From Deltaproteobacteria bacterium (GTDB taxonomy: Bacteria; Myxococcota; Kuafuiibacteriia; Kuafuiibacteriales; Kuafuiibacteriaceae): DNA of 64,000 nt. This document shows positions 47,023 through 54,809 of the stretch, piece by piece. A program made the translations under genes and the position numbers. Each line of letters starts with the position of its first letter. The first letter of the stretch is position 1. The stretch covers positions 96,001 to 160,000 of the forward strand of contig JAVJQW010000038.1 of the NCBI GenBank assembly GCA_040218735.1. Direction: 5' to 3'. Below the pieces are notes generated by a model, which worked only from the letters and a program-made list of their open reading frames with translations, made no database searches and was not told where the DNA came from.

Positions 47023-49946
47023 CTCACGGTCACGGCGTCGCCCGGGGTCGGCGCGATCAGCGGCGAGAACGCGAGGGTGTTGGTCGCGAGGGCGAACGCC
47101 CAGTTCGTCGCGCCGGTGCCGGTCACGCTGGGAATCGTCATTCCGTTGATGGTGACCTCGAGCGTCGCGGCCTCCACCGCGGCGTCTAGGCGGTACTTCG
47201 TGCGGTAGCCGAAGAGCGCCGGCGCGATGTCGTTGATGGTCTGGCCCCAGTCCGACGAGCAGATCGACGTGAAGCCGTCACCCGTGAGCTCGGCGATGGA
47301 CACGTAGCGAGGCGCCGGCCCGGCGCTGCCCGACGGGCCCGTGCAGAACGTCTCGCCCGCCACGATCGAGGTGACGTGGACGCGCTGGGGATCCTCCTTC
47401 GTCGAGCGCAAGAAGCGGCTGTACAGCTCGGGGGCGCCCGGCGACAGGTCGTCGCTGTCGGAAAGGAACACGACGGACAGGGATGCGTCGGGGCGGAGGA
47501 AGCCGGCGTTGTGGGTGACGACGTTGGTACCGGAGAGCCCGCGGTAGACGCTCTGCAGCCCGCGGTCCGCCGCTCCGATCGAGCCCGGGCTCAACGCGAG
47601 GTTCGCGTCGAACACCGCGCCCGGGGACGGCTGGGTGTTGCGCGTGATGATCTTCCGCGACGGATCCTCCGAGTAGAGGTTCTGCGGACCCGGGTGGACG
47701 AGGCGCCCCTGCTCGTCGGTGTTCATCGTCGTGACGCCGATCTGATAGTCGACGCCCTGCGAGTCGGCGAACGCGGTGAGCGCCGCGAAGAGGTCGCCGA
47801 TCAGCGCGCGCTCGTTCACCGTGCCCGGGCGGTTGCGCACGACGAACAGGACGTCCGCCTTTTGGGCCGCGAGCGGTTCGAGCGTCTGCACGGTCCGGGT
47901 CGTTCGACTCCGCCCGAACAACGGCACGGTCTGGCGAACCATGACCCCCTCCGTGAAGACCTCGATCGCCAACGCGGAGGCGAAGTCGCCCTCCTGCGAG
48001 ATCGCGAAGCCGACCGGGAGGGTCAGCGTCCCCATCGGTGCGATCGTCGCGGGGAGCGCGGGCGGGGTGAGCGTGAACGCACCGCCCGGCTGCAGCGTGA
48101 CGTTCGTAATCTGGACGGACGCCGCGCCCAGGTTGTCGATCGTGATCGTCTGATCTGCGGCACTGCAGTTGGGGTCGACGTGACCGAAGTCGACGCGACG
48201 TGGAGAGACGACGACCGGCGCCGCCTGTGCGTCGGCCACGAGATCGATCGTCGCGCTGGGGGAGCTCGGGCTCGACAGCTCGACGTTGAGTGTCCCCTGG
48301 TGGGTTCCGAACCCGGAGGGGCGGTAGCGGACGCGCAGCACGGCCGACGACCGGGAGTCGAGCCGAATGGCCGTGGTCGGTGCGTCGAGCAGCTCGAAGG
48401 TCTCACTCGTCGTCGCGGCGAGTCGTGCCTGGGTGAGTAGGCAGTCGTCCACACCGGTGTTCATGATCTGCGCGCCGAGGATCTGCTCGCGGCCGATGTC
48501 GATGCGTCCGAACGACAGCTCGGGTGTGACGACCGTGTACTGGCACGGCGGTAGCGCGACACCTTGACCGACGACGGGGGCGTCGAACGTGTCGACGTCG
48601 GCGTCGTTCGTCTCCACTCGAATCGCCGCCGTGTGTCCGCCGACGCGCGCCGGCGAGAACCGTACGCGGACCTCGCGCTGCGCGCCGGGGGCGAGGAACG
48701 CGCTGCCCCCGTTGAGCACTTGGAACGCCGCGGCGTCCGGGCCGACGGGGGAGATGTTGCCGATCTCGACGGCGAGCTGTCCGATGTTGGCGATGCGGAG
48801 CGTGCGCTCCATCGGGACGATCGTCGACACCAACCCGAAGTCGAGCGGCTCGGGCGTGGCGGCCAGCGAGGCGCGGCCAGCGAATCCACTGAGTGGAAGG
48901 TAGATGAGCTTCTGTTGGCTGGTGGTTTCGCGGTACCGGACGCCGAGGTGACCGACATCCCGTCCGTAGTCCGACGGGCAGTACTCCACGCGCACCGTAA
49001 ACTCGCCGCTCGGTTCGACGGCGAGGAACCCGTCGTCCTCGAAGACGAAGTCGGGGCTCGTCGGCGTACCGATCGATTCGGCGCCCCAGCCGTCGACGAG
49101 CACCTCGTCGTTGCCCTCGTTGGTGCAGCGGACCGTCCACGGCGCGCACGTACCGACCGTGACGCGGCCGAAGTCGAGCTCCGCGGGCGCACAGACCAAC
49201 CCGGTCTCGACGACCGTGCTCACGAGCTGGACCTCGACCTCGCAGCCCGCGCTCGCGCAGGTGCGGAGGAGCGCGGTCGCGCGCTCGCGCCCGGCCTCGG
49301 TGAAGGGGCTGTGTCGGACGTCGACGCTGCGGCTGTCGCCGGCCGACACGCGGACCGTCGCGGGGGCGTCGAAGCAGAACGGCGTCGACGCTCCGCCGCC
49401 GGGGACGCAGACCTCGACCTCGTCGCTGGCGCCGAGCTCGACGTTCAGCGCTTCCTCACAAGGGTTGGTGAGGGTGAGGGTCTGGTAGGCGCGCGTGCGG
49501 GTGACGACCTCGCCGAAGTCGAGCGGGTCGGGCGTCGCGACGATGGTGCACGTGGGCTCGGCGACCCCGACGCCTTGAACGCTGAGGCGCTTCGCGTCGA
49601 GGCCGTCGGGGCCGAGGTCGAACCGCGCCTGGGCGGGCTCCGCGAACCGCGGCGCAAACGCGACCTCGAACGACCCGCTCGCGCCCGCGTCGAGCTCGAG
49701 GCTGTCCTCGGACACGGTGATCGAACCGCTGGACGCCGGCCCGCGTCGGATCGGCACGACGAGGGTGTCGCTCGTCCGGTTCGTCACGGTCACGCGCTCG
49801 CGTGCCGTCGTACCGACGAGGGTGTCGTCGAACGTGATCGACTCCGGCGAGAGCGAGAACGCTTCGCCGAGCGGGAGCGCCTCGGCGCTGCATCCGGCGA
49901 GCGCGAGCGCGAGGATCGTTAGGCGAGGTTCGATTCGGATGTGCAC
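47001..49946 (-). CDS. lipoprotein with six Ig-like (ASH/choice-of-anchor D-like) repeats and a vWA-like domain
   Basis: Lipobox LAGC; six P..(L/I/V).F(G/D) repeat starts; KADVLFVV, YQIGVTT, FLRPDASLSVVFLSDSDD. Confidence 0.75.
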   Translation of the reverse strand: MHIRIEPRLTILALALAGCSAEALPLGEAFSLSPESITFDDTLVGTTARERVTVTNRTSDTLVVPIRRGPASSGSITVSEDSLELDAGASGSFEVAFAPRFAEPAQARFDLGPDGLDAKRLSVQGVGVAEPTCTIVATPDPLDFGEVVTRTRAYQTLTLTNPCEEALNVELGASDEVEVCVPGGGASTPFCFDAPATVRVSAGDSRSVDVRHSPFTEAGRERATALLRTCASAGCEVEVQLVSTVVETGLVCAPAELDFGRVTVGTCAPWTVRCTNEGNDEVLVDGWGAESIGTPTSPDFVFEDDGFLAVEPSGEFTVRVEYCPSDYGRDVGHLGVRYRETTSQQKLIYLPLSGFAGRASLAATPEPLDFGLVSTIVPMERTLRIANIGQLAVEIGNISPVGPDAAAFQVLNGGSAFLAPGAQREVRVRFSPARVGGHTAAIRVETNDADVDTFDAPVVGQGVALPPCQYTVVTPELSFGRIDIGREQILGAQIMNTGVDDCLLTQARLAATTSETFELLDAPTTAIRLDSRSSAVLRVRYRPSGFGTHQGTLNVELSSPSSPSATIDLVADAQAAPVVVSPRRVDFGHVDPNCSAADQTITIDNLGAASVQITNVTLQPGGAFTLTPPALPATIAPMGTLTLPVGFAISQEGDFASALAIEVFTEGVMVRQTVPLFGRSRTTRTVQTLEPLAAQKADVLFVVRNRPGTVNERALIGDLFAALTAFADSQGVDYQIGVTTMNTDEQGRLVHPGPQNLYSEDPSRKIITRNTQPSPGAVFDANLALSPGSIGAADRGLQSVYRGLSGTNVVTHNAGFLRPDASLSVVFLSDSDDLSPGAPELYSRFLRSTKEDPQRVHVTSIVAGETFCTGPSGSAGPAPRYVSIAELTGDGFTSICSSDWGQTINDIAPALFGYRTKYRLDAAVEAATLEVTINGMTIPSVTGTGATNWAFALATNTLAFSPLIAPTPGDAVTVSYATVCR

Positions 49947-50008
49947 CCCAGGTTCCCTCTTTGCGTGCGAAACAAAGTGGACCCGGGCAGCCTAGCAGGC
50001 CTCGGCGG

Positions 50009-51355
50009 TCACCGTGAGAGGTGCGCGATGTGGGTGAGCACGCGCTCGTGGATCGAGTGGATCAACGCGTCCGAGAAGAGCGTCCAGTACGGCGCCGGGA
50101 AGATGTTGATGCGGTACCAGGTCGACCCTTCGAGGCGGGTCCGGGTCCCGCCGTCGAGCGGGATGAGCCGGAATTCACCGCGCTCGCTGGTGAGGTACCC
50201 GTCGAGGTGCGGGGTGTGGAGGTGGTCGTACGGCGACCACTCGTGCATCGGCGGCGGCTGCGCAACGACGTCGAACGAGAGGCGGTGCGGCGGCTCCCAC
50301 CGGGTGATCGGCTCGACGAACGGGCCGGTCGAGAACTCACAGTGGCGCACGGCGCCGACGCCCGAGCCTTCGATTCGCGCGCGCTGCGGGTACGCGATCC
50401 CGAGCTCGAAGTAGAGACGGTTCGGCGGCGGCAGCTCGGAGAAGCCGACGACGTTGGGCCACACCTTCGCGGGCGGTGCGTCGATCTCGAGGGACGTCGC
50501 GACCTCGCGGAGCGGGCGGTGCCCGACCGAAGTCTCGGCCGCCGCGAGCAGCGGCAACGCGAGGAGCATGATCGCCACGTGGGAGCCTGGGCCGACCGTC
50601 CGCAACGCGATCGCGCGGCCGATGAGCGCGCCCACGACGCCCGCGGTCGCTCCGATCGGCGCGGCCATCAACAGGCACAACACCCCCTCCAAGGCGAACA
50701 GGAGGATCGCCGTGCCCGCGAGTCCGACTGTGACCAGCCCGACGAGCACCGTGTTCCCGACCGAGCGCGCGTGGTTCTTGTTGTGGAGGAACGCACTGAC
50801 CGCGCCCATCACGAACGGCGTCACGAAGAACAGCACCGTCCCGTAGCCGCTCGCCGCGGCGCTCACGGGCAACACCATCAGCACCCCCACGCCGACGCCC
50901 GCCGCGCAGCCGAGGAGTGCGCTCTTCACCATCGCGACCGAAGTCGGCTCCGGCGTCTCGGCGTACCAGACGACGCGCTCGTTCGGCGCGGAGGGGAGCG
51001 CCGCGAGCACCAGCATCGCGACGATGTTCACGACCGGGACGAGGAACAGGAACACGAGCCACGGCGACTTGCCGGCATCGACCGCGCGACGCAGCGTCAT
51101 CGACGCGCCGATCCACAGGAACGGGAGCGCGACGACGATCGACGCGACCGCGAAGGCCCCCTCCGCTTCGCGCAGGAACGTCTCGCGGGTGGAGAGCAGC
51201 GGGGAGAGGAAGCTCAGCGGATCGAGCATCGCGCCCGTCGCGGCGAAGTAGAAGCCGGCGTCGATCGCGTACTTGAGGCCCATCAGCAGCACGCCCGCCA
51301 ACAGGTACTGCTTGCGCGAGACCGGGCGGGAGAGGCCGAAGAGCAGCGCGAGCAT
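50009..51355 (-). CDS. DUF805 membrane domain fused to an SRPBCC domain
   Basis: RRAVDAGKSPW, EGVLCLLMAAP, IDAPPAKVW, GIAYP, VRHCEFSTG. Confidence 0.75.
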   Translation of the reverse strand: MLALLFGLSRPVSRKQYLLAGVLLMGLKYAIDAGFYFAATGAMLDPLSFLSPLLSTRETFLREAEGAFAVASIVVALPFLWIGASMTLRRAVDAGKSPWLVFLFLVPVVNIVAMLVLAALPSAPNERVVWYAETPEPTSVAMVKSALLGCAAGVGVGVLMVLPVSAAASGYGTVLFFVTPFVMGAVSAFLHNKNHARSVGNTVLVGLVTVGLAGTAILLFALEGVLCLLMAAPIGATAGVVGALIGRAIALRTVGPGSHVAIMLLALPLLAAAETSVGHRPLREVATSLEIDAPPAKVWPNVVGFSELPPPNRLYFELGIAYPQRARIEGSGVGAVRHCEFSTGPFVEPITRWEPPHRLSFDVVAQPPPMHEWSPYDHLHTPHLDGYLTSERGEFRLIPLDGGTRTRLEGSTWYRINIFPAPYWTLFSDALIHSIHERVLTHIAHLSR

Positions 51356-52455
51356 CAGTTCGGGCCCATGAACTTCTTCGCGGCTTCGAGGCGCTGGGGG
51401 ATGCCGAGCTGACCGGCGATGTCCGGGTACTCTTCGACGAGTGACTCCCAGGCTTCGATCGCCTCGCGCTGCCGGCGCTGCGCCTGAAGCATGACGGTGC
51501 CGAACATCCAACGCACCTGCGGGTCCGTTGGGTGGTCGTCGTAGGCCGCCTCGATCATCTTCGCGGCGTCGTCGACCTTGCCCTGCGCGAGGTACGTCTC
51601 GGCGAGGCCCGCGCGCGCCGACGGATCGCCGGGGCGCAGCTTCAACGCTTCGGTGTACGCGGTCTGCGCGGCGGGGATGTCGTTCTGTCGTGTCGCCGCG
51701 AGGGCCTTCTGGATCGCGAGGCCGTAGGCGTTGAGCTGGCCGACGTCCTGTGCGTCACCCTCGCCGTGACCGGGGACGCCCGCGGGACCGTTCGGTGCTC
51801 CGGTCGGCGAGCCGGGCGAATGCGGCGAGCCCGGCGCGTTCGGGTCGTTGGTTGCGGCGGGGCCATGGGCACCGGGCGGCGTGGCGGCCGGCTGCGACGC
51901 GGGTTGGGAGGACGGGCCGATCGCGATCTGCTCGTTGGGGTCCGGCGGACCGATGCGCGCAGTGATCTGATCGATGCGCGACTTCACGTAGGCTGCGCGC
52001 TCGTGTTCACCCGCCACGGCGAGGAAGTGCATGTACGCGCGGCGCGCGTCGGCGAGCGAGCGTTCGTCGCCGTTGGACTCCATGATCGTGCCGAGCGCGT
52101 AGAGGCACATCGGCTCGTTGCGGTTGAGCTGAAAGCAGCTCTTCAGGCGGTCGATCGACTTTTGGTAGTAGCCGAGCTTCAGGTACGTGTTCGCGAGCCC
52201 GGCGAGCACCGGGGTCTTCGGGGCGCCGAGCGCTTCGGCGCGGACGTACGCGTCGGCGGCGTCGAAGAATTGGTCCGCGGCGAAGTACATGTCCGCGAGC
52301 GCGAGCCAGGCGGCGCCGTCGTTCGGCGCGGACTGCAGCTGCGCTTTCTGTTGCGCGATGCGCCGGGCGAGGCCTGGATCCGCGATGTCCTTCTTCGCGA
52401 AGTCGACCTCACACGCGACGAGGGCTAGGGCCGACAAGAGCGCGACACGTCTCAC
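51355..52455 (-). CDS. TPR-repeat lipoprotein
   Basis: Lipobox LVAC; TPR-like helices on both sides of a Pro/Gly linker. Confidence 0.75.
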   Translation of the reverse strand: MRRVALLSALALVACEVDFAKKDIADPGLARRIAQQKAQLQSAPNDGAAWLALADMYFAADQFFDAADAYVRAEALGAPKTPVLAGLANTYLKLGYYQKSIDRLKSCFQLNRNEPMCLYALGTIMESNGDERSLADARRAYMHFLAVAGEHERAAYVKSRIDQITARIGPPDPNEQIAIGPSSQPASQPAATPPGAHGPAATNDPNAPGSPHSPGSPTGAPNGPAGVPGHGEGDAQDVGQLNAYGLAIQKALAATRQNDIPAAQTAYTEALKLRPGDPSARAGLAETYLAQGKVDDAAKMIEAAYDDHPTDPQVRWMFGTVMLQAQRRQREAIEAWESLVEEYPDIAGQLGIPQRLEAAKKFMGPN

Positions 52456-52982
52456 GACGGGGACGATCCTCGGGAGACGGCCGAACAGTCAAGGCGGCCC
52501 GGCGCGAGCCAGACGGTGGCCGGGTCGTCGGTCAGCGCGTCCAGGAGCTCGAGGACCGTTCGATTCGGCCCCGAAATCACGTGGTGGGGCGCCAGCTCGG
52601 CCAGGGGGGCGAGCACGAAGCGCCGGGTCGCGATCCCCGCGTGGGGGACGGTGAGGAGGGGGCGATCGATGCGGGCGTCGCCGTACAGGAGGAGGTCCAC
52701 GTCGATTTCCCTGGGGCCCCAGCGGACGACGGGGGTGCTGCGGCCGACGTGGCGCTCGGTGGCCTTGAGCTCGGCGAGGAGCGCGATGGGGGAGAGCACG
52801 GTCTCCACTTCGACGACGGTGTTGAGGTAGGGCGGCTGGTCGGGGGGCCCCATCGGTGCCGACCCGTACCAACGCGCGCTTCGCACGACCTGCGTATAGG
52901 GGCGTTCGAGGCGGGCGAGCGCGCGGTCGAACGCGCGCGGCGGGTCGCCGAGATTCGCGCCGAGGCCGAGATAGCACCGCAC
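52452..52982 (-). CDS. folK: 2-amino-4-hydroxy-6-hydroxymethyldihydropteridine pyrophosphokinase
   Basis: YLGLGANLG, QPPYLN, RWGPREIDVDLL, VPH, RRFVL.PL. Confidence 0.93.
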   Translation of the reverse strand: MRCYLGLGANLGDPPRAFDRALARLERPYTQVVRSARWYGSAPMGPPDQPPYLNTVVEVETVLSPIALLAELKATERHVGRSTPVVRWGPREIDVDLLLYGDARIDRPLLTVPHAGIATRRFVLAPLAELAPHHVISGPNRTVLELLDALTDDPATVWLAPGRLDCSAVSRGSSPS

Positions 52983-53018
52983 CGGGTGAGCATCGATCGT
53001 GTTAGGGAACAAGTCGAC

Positions 53019-54056
53019 GTGGATGTCATCGAACTGACGAAAGAGCTCGTCGCGATCCCCTCCGTCACGAACGACGAAGGGGAGGTCTGCCGGCTGGTCA
53101 TCGACCGACTCGAGGCCGCCGGGTGGCTGGTCACGACGCAGGAGATCGCGCCCGAGGACGGTGCGACGCCGGCGCTGCCGCGGCTGAACGTGCTCGCGCG
53201 GGTCGCGGACCGGACCCCGGACGTGGTGCTCACCACGCACCTCGACACGGTGCCGCCGTTCATCCCGCCGACCGAGGACGACGCCCGGATCTACGGTCGC
53301 GGTACGTGTGACGCGAAGGGGATCTTCGCGGCGCAGTGGATCGCGGCGGAGCGCCTGCGCGCGGAGGGCCACGAGGGCATCGCGCTGATGGGCGTGGTCG
53401 GCGAGGAGACGGACTCGATCGGCGCGAAGCTGATCGCGCCGCTGTTGCCGGCGGCGAAGTGGATCATCGACGGCGAGCCGACGCAGATGAAGTTCGCGTC
53501 GGGCGCGAAGGGCATCCTCGCGCTGGCGGTGACGGCGAAGGGGAAGGCGGGGCACAGCGCCTACCCGGAGGTCGGTCACAACGCGCTGCACGACCTGGTG
53601 CCGGCGTTGGCGCGGTTGATTTCGGCCGAGCTGCCGTTCGAGGAGCGTTACGGCCAGACGACGGTGAACATCGGCGTGATGAACGGCGGCGTGGCGCCCA
53701 ACGTGTTGGCGCCGGCGGCGTCGGCGCGGGTGATGATTCGGTTGGGGACGACGGTCGAGAAGGTGCTCCCCGAGGTGCGGTCGTTGTTGGGGGACGCGTT
53801 GGAGGTCGAGATCACTTCGACGAGTGAGCCGCACCCGATGCCGGTGCCGGACGGTCGCGACGCGGACGTCGTGAAGTTCGGGTCGGACGTGCCGTACCTG
53901 ATGAAGCTCGGCAAGACGATGTTGGTCGGCCCGGGCTCGATTCACGATGCGCACACGTCGCACGAGAAGATCGAGAAGCAGGAGCTGCTCGACGCGGTCG
54001 AGCTGTACGCGGACGTCGCGCGGATGTTGCTGACGGCCGAAGGAGGTGCCGCGTGA
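53019..54056 (+). CDS. M20 family metallopeptidase/deacetylase (ArgE-like)
   Basis: HLDTVP, GRGTCDAKG, GEE, GEPT, GPG..HDAH. Confidence 0.9.
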   Translation: MDVIELTKELVAIPSVTNDEGEVCRLVIDRLEAAGWLVTTQEIAPEDGATPALPRLNVLARVADRTPDVVLTTHLDTVPPFIPPTEDDARIYGRGTCDAKGIFAAQWIAAERLRAEGHEGIALMGVVGEETDSIGAKLIAPLLPAAKWIIDGEPTQMKFASGAKGILALAVTAKGKAGHSAYPEVGHNALHDLVPALARLISAELPFEERYGQTTVNIGVMNGGVAPNVLAPAASARVMIRLGTTVEKVLPEVRSLLGDALEVEITSTSEPHPMPVPDGRDADVVKFGSDVPYLMKLGKTMLVGPGSIHDAHTSHEKIEKQELLDAVELYADVARMLLTAEGGAA

Positions 54057-54634
54057 GCGTCACGATCAATCGCGTCTACACCGGCGTCGGCGACGCCGGC
54101 ACCACCCGCCTCGCGGGCGGCCAGGAGGTCGCGAAGACCGACGCGCGCATCGAAGCGTACGGCACCGTCGACGAGCTGAACGCCGCGCTGGGCGTGGTCG
54201 CGGAGCACGTGCGCGGGGACGACCGGCACGCGGTGTTGTGCCGAGCGGTGCTGCGGATCCAGAACGAGCTGTTCGACCTCGGCGGTGAGCTCGCGGTGCT
54301 CCCCGAGGACCGCCACGAGAAGCAGCAACTCGTGACCGCGGAGGACGCGTCGAGGCTGGAAGCGGAGATGGACGCGTGGAACGCGGAGCTGGAGACTTTG
54401 AGGTCGTTCATCCTGCCCGGCGGCGGGAAGACGTCGGCGTTCCTGCACGTGGCGCGCACGACGTGCCGTCGCGCAGAGCGCAGGCTGGTTGGGTTGCACG
54501 CCGAGGCGCCGCAGAGGGATGTGGCGCTGAAGTACCTGAACCGGTTGAGTGACTGGCTGTTCGTGGCCGGGAGGTTCGCGGCGAAGGCGGAGGGGGAGGC
54601 CGAGGTGCTGTGGCGGCCGGGAGATCGGAGCTGA
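54053..54634 (+). CDS. PduO-type cob(I)alamin adenosyltransferase
   Basis: [39 protein letters not shown]. Confidence 0.93.
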   Translation: MSVTINRVYTGVGDAGTTRLAGGQEVAKTDARIEAYGTVDELNAALGVVAEHVRGDDRHAVLCRAVLRIQNELFDLGGELAVLPEDRHEKQQLVTAEDASRLEAEMDAWNAELETLRSFILPGGGKTSAFLHVARTTCRRAERRLVGLHAEAPQRDVALKYLNRLSDWLFVAGRFAAKAEGEAEVLWRPGDRS

Positions 54635-54646
54635 GCGGGTCGGCGC

Positions 54647-54783
54647 CCGAATCCGAGTCCGAATCCGAGTCCGAATCCGAGTCCGAATCCGAGTCCGAAT
54701 CCGAGTCCGAATCCGAGTCCGAATCCGAGTCCGAATCCGAGTCCGAATCCGAATCCGAATCCGAGTCCGAATCCGAATCCGAA
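54647..54783. repeat. hexamer tandem repeat (CCGAAT/CCGAGT), about 23 units
   Basis: Directly visible between two convergent stop codons. Confidence 0.97.
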
Positions 54784-54809
54784 CTAAAATCCGCGCTCAG
54801 CGCCCCGAC

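Noticed and set aside
54647-54783. Possible CRISPR array
   Set aside because: No unique spacers and no cas genes; it is a simple tandem repeat.
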